Source: an uncultured Gammaproteobacteria bacterium (GTDB lineage Bacteria > Pseudomonadota > Gammaproteobacteria > Ga0077536). From it: 64,000 bases of DNA. Shown piece after piece: positions 1 to 9,707 of the stretch (its first letter is position 1; each line of letters opens with the position of its first letter). The notes under the pieces were generated by a model. That model made no database searches. It had not been told where the DNA came from and worked only from the letters and a program-made list of their open reading frames with translations. The stretch is from the NCBI GenBank assembly GCA_942490995.1, contig CALOBG010000005.1, positions 8,357-72,356 on the forward strand. The letters run 5' to 3'. Position numbers and translations under genes: made by a program.

Positions 1-162
1 GGCTACGACGCCGCGCCCCGCTACGGCATCAACAGCGATCGCGGCAGGGCACCGGGCTACCGCTACGACAACGGCCGCGGCGCCGCCCCGCAGTTCGACT
101 ACCCCAGCCTGCAACGCGGTCCCTCCGTCCCGCAGCCGCTGAGGCGCTACCGCGATCGCTGA
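1..162 (+). CDS. 3' end of an upstream gene; the product cannot be identified from the Gly/Arg/Tyr-rich C-terminal tail
   Basis: An open frame runs from the window edge to a TGA at 160-162. The 53 visible residues contain no recognisable domain. Confidence 0.25.
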   Translation, partial: GYDAAPRYGINSDRGRAPGYRYDNGRGAAPQFDYPSLQRGPSVPQPLRRYRDR

Positions 163-216
163 AACGCCCGCCAGCCGCCACGCAGGCCGTTGCACCGAAC
201 CGGACCCACAGCAGTG

Positions 217-1266
217 ATGGCGAGTAGTGGATCAGATGCGCGCGGCTTCGCCAGCGACAATACTTCCGGTGTACATCCCCTCGTTCTGGCTGCAATCGCG
301 AACGCCAATCACGGCCATGCGCCTGCCTACGGCGACGACCGCTGGAGCGCCGCGGCGATCGCGGCGCTGCGCACGGCCTTCGATTGCGATGCCGAAGTGC
401 TGTTCTGCTTCGGCGGTACCGGCGCGAATGTCATCGCCCTCGACGCCCTGACCCGCCCTCACCAGGCGGTGCTGTGTGCCGACAGCGCCCACGTGTGGAC
501 CAGCGAATGCGGCGCGCCGGAACGTTTTACCGGCGCCAAACTGATCCCGATTGCGCAGCGCTTCGGCAAACTTGATTGTCAGCTCGTACAGACTGCACTT
601 GGCTCGACCCGCGGCGTACACCACGTTCAGCCGCGCGTACTTACCATCACTCAGCCAACCGAGTACGGCACCCTCTACACGCCCAGCGAAATACGTGAAC
701 TGGCGGACTTCGCCCACCAACACGGCCTGCTGTTGCATGTCGACGGCGCGCGCTACGCCAACGCGGCGGCCGCGCTGGCCGTCTCGCTCGCCGATCTTGG
801 ACCACGCAGCGGCGTTGACGCGTTGTCGTTCGGCGGCACCAAAAACGGCCTGCTCGGCGGAGAGGCGGTGCTGTTTTTTAACCGCGATGTGGCGCCGGAC
901 GCGGCCTACGCGCGCAAACAGGCCATGCAGCTGGCCTCGAAAATGCGCTTTATAGCCGCGCAGTTTCTCGCCTATGTCGACAATGAACTGTGGCGCGAGC
1001 TGGCCGGCCACGCCAACGCCATGGCCAGCCGACTCGCCGAGCATTGCGCCAGGCTGTCCGCGCTCGAACTGATCTGCCCGGTCGAATGCAACATGCTGTT
1101 TGCCCGCCTGCCACCCGCGGCCCTCGCCGCGCTGCACGACGCCTACTATTTTTATACCTGGGACGAGACCGCATCGATCGCGCGCTGGATCACCTCGTTC
1201 GACACCAGCGTCGAGGATATCGATGGCTTCGCCGCGGCGATCGACGCGGCCCTGAACACGTCATAA
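217..1266 (+). CDS. ltaE: Low-specificity L-threonine aldolase (beta-eliminating lyase / PLP fold type I)
   Basis: The protein contains FASDNTSGVHP..ANHGHAPAYGDD..GTGANVIAL..HVDGAR..FGGTKNG, which is collinear with Pseudomonas-type threonine aldolases. The start is set at Met10 (MASSG...); the ORF track places it at 190. Confidence 0.8.
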   Translation: MASSGSDARGFASDNTSGVHPLVLAAIANANHGHAPAYGDDRWSAAAIAALRTAFDCDAEVLFCFGGTGANVIALDALTRPHQAVLCADSAHVWTSECGAPERFTGAKLIPIAQRFGKLDCQLVQTALGSTRGVHHVQPRVLTITQPTEYGTLYTPSEIRELADFAHQHGLLLHVDGARYANAAAALAVSLADLGPRSGVDALSFGGTKNGLLGGEAVLFFNRDVAPDAAYARKQAMQLASKMRFIAAQFLAYVDNELWRELAGHANAMASRLAEHCARLSALELICPVECNMLFARLPPAALAALHDAYYFYTWDETASIARWITSFDTSVEDIDGFAAAIDAALNTS

Positions 1267-1273
1267 GCCGGGC

Positions 1274-1607
1274 GCGCAACGCCGCGCACGGCGTCCGCAG
1301 TAGCTTTTCACCAGCACGGGCAGACTGGTCAAAAGCGTAGCGAGGAATGCCGTGGGCAAGGCGTGCGCGAGACGAGGACCGGAGTTTACTGGTGTAAATG
1401 AGGACCGCAGGCGAGTGCACAACGCCGCCCACGGTATCCGCAGTAGCTTTTCACCCGTCGCGCAGGGTGGTGAAAAACGTAGCGAGGAGTGCGGTATGCA
1501 AGGCGCGCGCGAGTCGAGGACCGGAGTTTACTGGTGTAAATGAGGACCGCAGGCGAGCGCGCAACGCCGCAGACCGCACCCGCAGTAGTTTTTCACCACC
1601 CTGCTAG
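1274..1607. repeat. Locus A of the roughly 140 bp palindromic MITE-like repeat family: a half-unit plus two full units in tandem, in reverse orientation
   Basis: The core GGTGAAAAACTACTGCGGATACCGTGGGCGGCGTTGTGC...CATTTACACCAGTAAACTCC...GCACGCCTTGCCCACGGTATTCCTCGCTACGTTTTTGACCA recurs here as its reverse complement. Each unit has roughly 40-45 bp imperfect terminal inverted repeats and a central TTTAC-N4-GTAAA hairpin. The array ends in ...CCTGCTAG. Confidence 0.85.
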
Positions 1608-2519
1608 CCGGCGAACCGGGGCTCGGCAACGCCCCGTATCCCAAGCCCGCGAATGCGGAACAGGCTGCCGGCGCCAAACTGGGGTTTGACCTCGCGGAGC
1701 AAAAAACTCGTGGGTCGCCGGATGACTGACCCGGGCCATGGAAGTGACATAGATTTCGTCAAGATCGGGACCGCCGAAATTGACCGATGTAATGTTCCTG
1801 ACCGGCATCCCGATACGCAGATCCTCGCGCCCGTCAGGTGCGTAACGGATCAGCTCTCCGCCGATCACCAGTGCATTCCATACGCAGCCCTCCGCGTCGA
1901 CGGTGCTGCCGTCGAAGAATCCGGTTTCGTCGGCGGTTGAAGCGAAATCGCGGCGGTTGGCCAGGGTGCCGGCCTCGATATCGTAGTCATAGGCCCACAT
2001 CGTTTGCTGAAACGTATCGGCGAAGTAGAACGTCCGATCATCGGGACTCCAGCACGGTCCGTTTGAACAGATGATGCCCTGCTCGACCTGCGTGACGCTC
2101 AAATCGGGGTCGAGCCGCCATAGCGAGCAGATCGTCTGCTCTTCCTTGTCATCCATGCCGCCGGCAAAAAACCGTCCACGACGGTCGACCTTGCCATCGT
2201 TCAGCCGGCTGCGCTCCAGATCGGGGTCGATGGCCTCGATCAGGTCGAGCGCCCCGCTCTCGAAATCAAAAAAATAGAAGCCGTCGTCGAGTGCCAGCAC
2301 CGCGTTGCCGTCCGCGCGCAGCGCCATTGCCCCGACATCGTGGTCGAGCGACCAGTTGCGGGTTTTGCCGGTGCGCGGATCGAGCCGCCAGATCGACGGG
2401 TTGCCGACACGCCGGCCGGTGCCGTCGACCCAGTACAACACGCCCTGCTCTACGTCCCACAACGGGCCTTCGCCGAGATGGTTGGCAGCACTCACCACGC
2501 ACTCTATCGTGTAGTTCAA
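1593..2519 (-). CDS. SMP-30/gluconolactonase/LRE-family (regucalcin-like) hydrolase
   Basis: The 308 aa ORF has NHLGEGPLWD...GLYWVD...DG..W and repeated beta-propeller blades typical of SMP-30 lactonases. Its 3' end overlaps the edge of repeat locus A. Confidence 0.7.
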   Translation of the reverse strand: MNYTIECVVSAANHLGEGPLWDVEQGVLYWVDGTGRRVGNPSIWRLDPRTGKTRNWSLDHDVGAMALRADGNAVLALDDGFYFFDFESGALDLIEAIDPDLERSRLNDGKVDRRGRFFAGGMDDKEEQTICSLWRLDPDLSVTQVEQGIICSNGPCWSPDDRTFYFADTFQQTMWAYDYDIEAGTLANRRDFASTADETGFFDGSTVDAEGCVWNALVIGGELIRYAPDGREDLRIGMPVRNITSVNFGGPDLDEIYVTSMARVSHPATHEFFAPRGQTPVWRRQPVPHSRAWDTGRCRAPVRRLAGW

Positions 2520-2676
2520 ATCAGCTCTCCGGCAACGTCATGCAGTGGACGATGTGACGGGCTATTTAATGGGATCCGGCGTCGCCCGGCAAGCGTATGG
2601 GTGGTGCTACAATCGGCGCTCGACCCGCGCTGAGGGGTAACGGGTCGGCAGATCATGACCATCGAGGGAGGTCTCA

Positions 2677-3557
2677 ATGTATCCGGCCCGGATTGAACAA
2701 TACGTGCGCCCGAATTCGGTCGCTGAAGCGCTCGCCGCCATCACCCGTTACGAAGCCGGCGAAGCGATATTTCTCGCCGGCGGACAGAGCGCCATGCAGG
2801 CCATCAAGTCGCGCATGCTGCGTCCACAATGTGTCGTCGACCTGCAGGGTATCGCCGACCTCAAGGGCATCAAGGTCGATAACAGCGGCGTCACCATCGG
2901 CGCGATGACGCGCTACGTCGAAATTGCCGCGGCCAGTGAACTCGACGGGCCCTACGCAGCCTTGCGCGACGCCGCCAGTCACGTCGGCGATCGCCAGGTA
3001 CGTAATCGCGGCACCATCGGCGGCAGCCTGTGCTGGAACTACGTTGCCGCCTGCACGCCGACCGTGGTCCTCGCGCTCAACAGCAAACTGAATCTGATCG
3101 CCGCGGACGGTTCGACACGCAGCCTGAAAGCCGACGAATTCCTGACCGGGCCGCTGGAAACGGCGCGCCGCGACGACGAGATCCTGCTTTCGGTCGCATG
3201 CGCCGCCGCGCCACCGCGCGCAGCGGCAGCGCCTACCGGAAGTGGGGTCTGGTTACGGATGCGCTGCCGGTGATCGGGATCTGCGTCAACGTCAGCCTCG
3301 ACGCCGATAACAAATGTACCAGCGTGCGCATCGCCCTGACCGGCCTCGCCAGCGGCGCCCAGCGGGCCTCGGCCGGCGAGGCATCGCTGCTCGGTTCGGC
3401 CGGCGACGCGACCGCGATCGGCGTGGCGATGGACGCTATCGCGGCCAGCGCGGACACCCATACCGACCAGTCGGCCAGCGCCGATTACCGCCGCCAGCTG
3501 ATCCGCTCGCTCGGGCGTGAAGTTGCGCTGACCGCGTTTGCACGTGCCCGCGGCTGA
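2677..3557 (+). pseudogene. FAD-binding medium subunit of an xanthine-dehydrogenase/CO-dehydrogenase-family molybdoenzyme (CoxM/CutM-like), split by one frameshift
   Basis: Frame 1 (2677-3273) covers the FAD-binding domain (AGGQS..., GTIGGSL). The CO-dehydrogenase flavoprotein C-terminal domain (..GSAYRKWGL..) continues in another frame (3230-3557). Switching frames near 3215-3235 restores collinearity. A GGGAGG ribosome-binding site precedes the ATG. Confidence 0.6.
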
Positions 3558-3574
3558 GACCAGGGAGAAAGGAA

Positions 3575-4060
3575 GTGATTACGATCAAGGTTAAAGTCAA
3601 CGGCGTCGACTACGAAGAATCGGTTTCGGAACGCATGCTGCTGGTCGATTTCCTGCGCGACCAGCTGAGCCTGACCGGTTCGCACGTCGGCTGCACCTAC
3701 GAGGGTGTGTGCGGCGCCTGCACCATTCATCTCGACGGAGAAGCGGTCAAAAGCTGCCTGATGCTCGCCGCCCAGGCCGATGGTCACGCGATCACGACCG
3801 TCGAGGGTCTCGCCACGGCCGACGGCATGTCGCCGCTGCAGCTTGCGTTCAGTAACGAGCACGGCCTGCAGTGCGGATTCTGTACCCCGGGCATACTCAT
3901 GAACATGTCGGAATTCCTGCGCCACAACCCCGACCCCAGCGATGATGAGATCCGCACCGGCCTGGTCGGCAACCTGTGTCGTTGCACCGGCTATGTACAT
4001 ATCGTCAGGGCGGTGCGCAGCGCCGCACAGGCCATGCAGCAAGCCGGCACGGAGGCCTGA
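3575..4060 (+). CDS. (2Fe-2S)-binding small subunit of the same molybdoenzyme (CoxS/CutS-like)
   Basis: An intact 161 aa ORF has both cysteine motifs: [11 protein letters not shown] (plant-type) and CGFCTPG...CRCTGY. Confidence 0.85.
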   Translation: MITIKVKVNGVDYEESVSERMLLVDFLRDQLSLTGSHVGCTYEGVCGACTIHLDGEAVKSCLMLAAQADGHAITTVEGLATADGMSPLQLAFSNEHGLQCGFCTPGILMNMSEFLRHNPDPSDDEIRTGLVGNLCRCTGYVHIVRAVRSAAQAMQQAGTEA

Positions 4061-4063
4061 ACG

Positions 4064-6472
4064 ATGAGCAGCAAATCTGTCGAACACAGTAAGGACTGGT
4101 TGGGTGCGCGGCTCGCGCGCAAGGAAGACGCACGCCTGATCAGCGGTGGCGGGCGCTACCTCGCCGATATCGTCCTGCCCGGTGCACTGCACGCGGTTTT
4201 TGTCCGCAGCGAGTACGCCCACGCGCGCATCCTCGGCATTGACAGCAGCGAAGCCGAAGCCATGCCCGGGGTGGTTGCGGTGTATACCGGCGCCGGCATC
4301 AAGGACCTCATCAAGCCGATGCCCCAGGCCGTCGTGCTGCCGAATCTGCCGGCCAGATATCCGACCTTCTGGCCGCTGGCGGTGGACAAGGTGACCTTCC
4401 ATGGTGAACCGGTCGCGCTGGTCATCGCGCGCGACAAATACGTCGCCGAAGACGCCGCCGAATGCGTTTACGTCGATTACGACGAACTCCCACCGATCCT
4501 GGATCCGGAACGCGCCCTCGACCCGGATTCGCCGCTGGTCCACGAAGCGCGACGGCAGCAATGAAATTTTGCGATGACCCTGACCGGGGGCGATACCCGA
4601 AGCCAGCCAGGCTGAAAACGCCGCCGAGGTGGAAAAAATCTTCCAGAGTGCCGACATCACCATCAAGCAGCGTTTTCGTGTTCATCGCACCGGTATTACG
4701 CCGATGGAACCACGCGGCGTACTGTGCGACTGGAACGCGAGCGACGGCCTGACCGCCTACATCACCACCCAGCGACCGCACATCGACCGCCTCGCGCTGG
4801 TCGATATCCTCGACATCCCGGCTGAGCAGGTACGCGTTATCGCGCCGCGTGACCAGGGCGGCGGGTTCGGCGTCAAAGCGCCGTTCTATCGCGAGAACAT
4901 CATCATCGCTTACGCCGCACGCGAACTGAAGCGTCCGGTACGGTGGATTGAAACACGCTACGAAAGCCTCATGAACGTCGGCCAGGAACGCGATCAGATC
5001 AACGACATGGAGGTAGCCGCCAGCAAGGACGGCAAGCTCCTGGCGGTGCGCAACTTCGGCCTCGCCGACAACGGCGTCGGTTCCACCGGCGTGTACTGGG
5101 GCTTTGTCATGCCGTTCCTGGGTGCGGTCGAACTGCCCAACGCCTACACCTGGGAAAAAGGCGACGTGCGCCTGCGCGTCGCGACCACCAACAAAGCCTG
5201 CCTCACGCCGTCGCGTGCGTTCGGCCATTTCCCGACCCGCTTTGCTCTCGAGCGCGCGATCGACATGGTCGCGCGACGCGTCGGCATGGAAGCGAGCGAA
5301 CTGCGACGTAAGAACCTGGTGCCGAGCCTGCCCTACACCTCGGTGACGAACGAGTATTACGACAGCGGCGATTTCCTCAAGGTGTGGGACAACCTGATGA
5401 CGCGGGTCGACCTCGCCGGCTTCCGCGCCGAACAAGCCGCCGCACGCGCCGAAGGGCGCTACCTCGGCATCGGTTTCGGCTGCGGTGTCGAACTCTCGGG
5501 GGTGGCCTCGGAGCTGCTGGTGCCGATGGAGAACCAGCCGGGCTATGGCGCTGCCACCGTGCGCCTCGATCCGCGCGGCAAAGTCCTGGTTTTTGGCGGC
5601 GACGCGCCGGGTGGCCAGGGTCACGAGACCACCACCGCCCAGGTCGTCGCGGCGCAGTTCGGCATCAAACCGAGCGACGTCGTCGTCACCACCGGCGACA
5701 CCGGCGACCACGCCGTTCGGCGCGGGCTCGATCGGCGCCCGCGCCGGCTCGTATTTTGTCAGCGCGGTGGCCGAAGCCTGTGCCGAACTGAAGGACAAGA
5801 TCACCCGCATCCTGGCACACGACCTGCAGACTCGAGGCGAGCGTGCAGCACTTCGAGTTCAAGAACGGCGAGGTCATCTATGTGGGCGACGAAAGCAAAC
5901 GCAAGTCGTTCCGCGAAATCGTCGAACGCATCATCATGTTTCCGATCAATATGCCCGAAGGCGAGGTCGGCGGGCTCGATACGACGGTGTTTTTCGAAGC
6001 CGCTAAACCCATGATCTGCTTCAACGCCGACTGCTGCAAAGTCGAGGTCGATATCGAGACCGGGGAATTCAAGATCCTCAAGTGGCTGACCTCCGAGGAT
6101 GTCGGCACGGTCATCAATCCGATGATCGTCGACGGTCAGATGCACGGCGCCATCGTCCAGGGCCTGTCGAATGCGATGTTCGAAGAGTTCATCTACGACG
6201 AACAAGGGCAGCAGATGACGGCCGACTTCGAACATTACAAACTCGCGACCGCCGCGGATGTGCCGGACATCGAGATCACCTATGCCCCGACGCCCTGCCC
6301 GCACACGCCGCTCGGCACCCGCGGTATCGGCGAAGGCCGCCCGAGTTCGGTACCCGGGGCGTTGACCAACGCGGTGTGTGACGCACTCGAACCGTTCGGG
6401 ATCGAGATCTCCGAATTGCCCCTGCGCCCGGGCACGGTGTGGAAATATCTTCAGGAGGCGAACAAACGATGA
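4064..6472 (+). pseudogene. Molybdopterin-binding large subunit (CoxL/XdhA-family aldehyde oxidase / xanthine dehydrogenase), broken by at least four frameshifts or stops
   Basis: Collinear large-subunit segments lie in different frames: 4064-4564, 4629-about 5710, about 5710-5830 (..TPFGAGSIGARAGSYFVSAV..) and 5843-6472. One-nucleotide indels are inferred near 4560-4630 (two), near 5708 and near 5835. None of the visible fragments contains the form-I VAYRCSFR or form-II AYRGAGR CO-dehydrogenase active-site motif. Confidence 0.65.
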
Positions 6473-7401
6473 GCGACGCACGCAAAGTCATCATTACCTG
6501 CGCGGTGACCGGGGCCATCCATACGCCTTCAATGTCAGACGCGCTGCCGGTCACCCCCGACGAAATCGCCACCGCGGCGATCGAGGCGGCCGACGCCGGC
6601 GCGGCGATCCTGCACCTGCATGCCCGCGATCCGGACAACGGCAAGCCCAGCCAGGACCCCGACCTGTTCCGCGAATTTCTGCCTCGCATCCGCGCGCATA
6701 CCGACGCGGTGATCAACATCACCACCGGCGGCAGCCCGTACATGACGGTCGAGGAGCGCATGCGCCCAGCCGCGGAAATCGCCCCGGAAGTTGCGTCATT
6801 GAATATGGGTTCGATGAATTTCGGCCTGTTCCCGATGCTCAAACGCTTCAAGCGCTTCAAACACGATTGGGAGGTCGAACACCTCGAGGGCAGTCGCAAC
6901 CTGGTTTTCAAAAACACCTACCAGGATATCGAGACCATCCTCAAGATCGGCTACGCCAACGACATTCGTTTCGAATTCGAGTGTTACGACACTTCGCATC
7001 TGTATAACCTCGCCCACTACCTGAACGAAGGTACGGTCAAACCGCCACTGTTCGTACAGACCGTGTTCGGCATCATGGGCGGCATCGGCGCCCACCCGGA
7101 AGACGTGCTGCACATGAAGCGCACCGCCGATCGACTGTTCGGCGATGCCTATGTGTGGTCGGTACTCGGCGCCGGACGCAACCAGATCCCGGTTGCGGCA
7201 CAGGCCGCGGCGATGGGCGGCAACGTGCGCGTCGGGCTTGAGGATTCACTGTGGGGCGGCCCCGGACGCCTGGCGGAAAACTCCGCCGAACAGGTTCGCG
7301 CCGCGCGCCAGGTCATCGAAGGCCTGTCACTGCAGGTGGCGACCGCCGATGAAGCCCGCCAGCGTCTGCAGCTCAAGGGCGCCAACACGCTCAAACTCTG
7401 A
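6469..7401 (+). CDS. DUF849 / beta-keto acid cleavage enzyme (BKACE; 3-keto-5-aminohexanoate cleavage enzyme family)
   Basis: MSDARKVIITCAVTGAIHTPSMS...HLHARD...NITTGGS is the hallmark N-terminus of this family. A ribosome-binding site (AGGAGG) sits 8 nt upstream. The start overlaps the end of the large-subunit gene. Confidence 0.8.
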   Translation: MSDARKVIITCAVTGAIHTPSMSDALPVTPDEIATAAIEAADAGAAILHLHARDPDNGKPSQDPDLFREFLPRIRAHTDAVINITTGGSPYMTVEERMRPAAEIAPEVASLNMGSMNFGLFPMLKRFKRFKHDWEVEHLEGSRNLVFKNTYQDIETILKIGYANDIRFEFECYDTSHLYNLAHYLNEGTVKPPLFVQTVFGIMGGIGAHPEDVLHMKRTADRLFGDAYVWSVLGAGRNQIPVAAQAAAMGGNVRVGLEDSLWGGPGRLAENSAEQVRAARQVIEGLSLQVATADEARQRLQLKGANTLKL

Positions 7402-7429
7402 ATCGCTCCCTCGACATAAGGCCAGGCAC

Positions 7430-7993
7430 TTGGAACTTACCGATCAGATCCGTATCAGGGCGCCGCGCGAACGCGTGTTCGCCGCGCTCAACGACGTTGA
7501 TATCCTCAAGCAGGCGATCCCCGGCTGCGAAGAAATCGAGGCGCTGTCCGACACCCAGTTCCAGGCGACGGTCGCGGCGCGGGTCGGACCGCTGAAAGCA
7601 CGCTTCAAGGGCCAGGTTACGATGAGCGATATCGTGCCGCCCGAATCCTACACCCTGAGCGGCGAAGGGCGCGGCGGACCGGCCGGACACGCCAAGATCC
7701 GCTCCAGCGTGCGTCTGAGCGAAGATGGCGAGGCGACCTTGCTGGCCTATGACGTCAAGGCCGATATCGGCGGCAAGCTCGCGCAGCTCGGTGGCGCACT
7801 GGTGCAGAACACGGCACAGAAACTGGCCGCGGAATTTTTCCACAACTTCGAGGCGATCCTGGCCCCGGCGGCGCCCGACGACGAAGGACAGCCCGCGGCG
7901 GTTACGGCCGACACCGAAAGCGCCGGATTCAACTGGATGTGGCTGGGGGCAGCCGGCCTCGTGGCGCTGGCCATCGCCTGGCTGGTGCTGTAA
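7430..7993 (+). CDS. CoxG-like SRPBCC-family protein (carbon monoxide dehydrogenase subunit G-like) with a C-terminal membrane anchor
   Basis: With a TTG start the protein reads MELTDQIRIRAPRERVFAALNDVDILKQAIPGCEEIE..., which matches CoxG N-termini. It ends in a hydrophobic helix (WMWLGAAGLVALAIAWLVL). Confidence 0.65.
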   Translation: MELTDQIRIRAPRERVFAALNDVDILKQAIPGCEEIEALSDTQFQATVAARVGPLKARFKGQVTMSDIVPPESYTLSGEGRGGPAGHAKIRSSVRLSEDGEATLLAYDVKADIGGKLAQLGGALVQNTAQKLAAEFFHNFEAILAPAAPDDEGQPAAVTADTESAGFNWMWLGAAGLVALAIAWLVL

Positions 7994-8038
7994 CCCGCGT
8001 CGCCAACCCGCCAGGGCGCGGGTGACGGCGGCACCACC

Positions 8039-8536
8039 TCAGCCGGCGTCGAGGGCTTCGCGCACGCGCCGTTTGAGGTCCTCGACCCGCTTGCGATTCG
8101 CACCCAGGTCGGAATAACCGACCCGCGAGGCCGAGCGCAGGTGTATCACCGTGCCCTCGCGGCGCAGTTCGAGATCGTCGACGAAGCGAAACATCGGGCT
8201 GGTCATGGTGGCATGCAGGTAGGCATCACGCTCATCGATGATCAGCCCCCCCATACTTGTCACAACGCTGCGGACAGTCTGCCATTGCGCGGCGGGCTCG
8301 CCATCGGGCAGCGCCAGCGGCGCGACGGCATGCGCCGGATCGGCTCCGTTCTGCGACTCGCTGCACACACAATTCGGCGCCGCACCGCAGGCGTTCAAGC
8401 GTTCGTTGTGCATGCCCGCACGCGACGCCGCGCCGTGCGCCGACCACCATCCCAGCGCGGCAAAGGCGACCAGGATCAGCACCACCGTCGATAAACCGAT
8501 AGCCAGCATCCGCTTGCCCACAGCCGTGGCGCGCAC
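8039..8536 (-). CDS. DUF1499-domain protein with an N-terminal membrane anchor
   Basis: The 165 aa ORF has a TM helix followed by a CGAAPNCVCSE motif, the conserved Cys-Pro-Asn-Cys region of DUF1499. Confidence 0.55.
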   Translation of the reverse strand: MRATAVGKRMLAIGLSTVVLILVAFAALGWWSAHGAASRAGMHNERLNACGAAPNCVCSESQNGADPAHAVAPLALPDGEPAAQWQTVRSVVTSMGGLIIDERDAYLHATMTSPMFRFVDDLELRREGTVIHLRSASRVGYSDLGANRKRVEDLKRRVREALDAG

Positions 8537-8538
8537 CG

Positions 8539-9033
8539 CTACCAGTTATCGGTGAGGATCAACAGACCCGGGATCCAGCAGGTAAACACCCCGACCCCGA
8601 TGGTGGCGAAGGGCAGCAGTTTGCCCATGTCCTTACCCGGCACGTTGGCCAGGTAAAACATGTACCACAGCACACCCCAGATCAGCCAGAACGCACCGAA
8701 TCGCAGGTCACCGCCCTGGAACGCAACCAGCGAACACGGCACCGTCGTAATCGCGACAAAAAAGCAGAACCAGCCGAAGCCACGCATGTCGAGTTCAAAC
8801 CAGATACTGATCGCGACATAGAGATAAGTGAACGTGAACAGGAAAAACGTCGCGACGACAAAAAAGTCCTGCGTGCTTTCGGCACGAATGAGCTGCAGCA
8901 GACTGGCGACCAGGGCCAGACCGCCGACCATGAAATTCATCACCGCCATCGAGCGGCCTTCGACCCGGTCGAGTCCGCCCATGCCGTTGACCAGCAGGAC
9001 CGCGCCGACATAAAGCAACATCACGCCAACCAT
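8539..9033 (-). CDS. AmiS/UreI-family (urea/amide channel-like) membrane protein
   Basis: Six hydrophobic segments in about 165 aa. The start is set at the internal Met (MVGVMLLYVGAVLLVNG...); the upstream 37 codons of the tracked ORF carry no hydrophobic or family-conserved sequence. Confidence 0.6.
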   Translation of the reverse strand: MVGVMLLYVGAVLLVNGMGGLDRVEGRSMAVMNFMVGGLALVASLLQLIRAESTQDFFVVATFFLFTFTYLYVAISIWFELDMRGFGWFCFFVAITTVPCSLVAFQGGDLRFGAFWLIWGVLWYMFYLANVPGKDMGKLLPFATIGVGVFTCWIPGLLILTDNW

Positions 9034-9173
9034 AGGAATTCCCCTGAAGTGTCCGGTCCGGCCCCTACCCCCCCACGAGATGAACGGCCGTCCAGGATCG
9101 CCACCCAAGCTAGCACGAGTCGTGCAGCAGCGCGATATCGGCACGGCAACGGCGGTCGCGGCTATTGTCGCTG

Positions 9174-9707
9174 TCAGCGGAAGCCATTGAGGTGGACGGT
9201 CCAGCGCCGCGCGCTGACATTAAGCCCGAGCCAGCCGGCGCCACCTAGCGCGCGCTGGCGACCGGCCGCGCCCGGATTGAGGATCCACGGCAGCGCGGCG
9301 TCATCGATGACGGCGCGATGACTGTGGCCGTAAACCACGCAGCGCGCATCCGGCCAGGCCTGGCGCAGGCGTGCATGGCGGCAGGCAACGCGCGGCCATT
9401 GGTGGCCATGCACAACGCCGAGGATGCCGCCGGTCAGGCTCAGTTCCGCGCACTCCGGCAGGCGGGTGAGCGCGCTGCGTTGCCCGCGTGGCCATTTGGC
9501 GGGGACGTCATTGTTGCCGATGACTGCCACGCAGGGGGCGATATCGGCCAGTCGTGCCAGTACCGTGGCGCTGCCGATGTCGCCGGCGTGCACGATCAGT
9601 TCGGCGTTTTGCAACGCGGCTTCGAGGCCTGCGGCAATATCACCGTGGGTATCGGACAGCAACGCAATCCGGGTCACGCCGAGGGCGCTCAGGGTGTGTT
9701 TCTTCAC
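9174..9707 (-). CDS. YfcE/MJ0936-type metallophosphoesterase
   Basis: Motif order is DxH (LSDTHGD), GD (HAGD), GNND/GNHD (IGNNDV), GH (VHGH) and GHxH (YGHSH). Confidence 0.75.
   Translation of the reverse strand: MKKHTLSALGVTRIALLSDTHGDIAAGLEAALQNAELIVHAGDIGSATVLARLADIAPCVAVIGNNDVPAKWPRGQRSALTRLPECAELSLTGGILGVVHGHQWPRVACRHARLRQAWPDARCVVYGHSHRAVIDDAALPWILNPGAAGRQRALGGAGWLGLNVSARRWTVHLNGFR

Noticed and set aside
232-1137. A long antisense ORF (301 aa) opposite ltaE. Similar long antisense ORFs lie opposite coxL (4422-5810), ndh (45269-46171), dnaE (57538-58710, 60262-61032), aorB (35881-36861) and many others in the track.
   Set aside because: These are typical spurious open frames in GC-rich DNA. 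They have no recognisable domains and the opposite-strand genes have strong homology.
1274-1607. The repeat units as small protein-coding genes (the track shows 60-120 aa ORFs through them, for example 1190-1432, 1352-1543, 17415-17615, 39609-40091)
   Set aside because: The ORFs are inconsistent in frame and strand between copies. The conserved feature is the palindromic nucleotide structure, not a reading frame.
2677-6472. Annotating the medium/small/large subunit operon as an aerobic carbon monoxide dehydrogenase (coxMSL)
   Set aside because: No form-I (VAYRCSFR) or form-II (AYRGAGR) active-site loop motif is visible in the large-subunit fragments. The operon carries a BKACE gene. It is safer to call it an xanthine-dehydrogenase-family molybdenum hydroxylase of unknown substrate, which is also a pseudogene.
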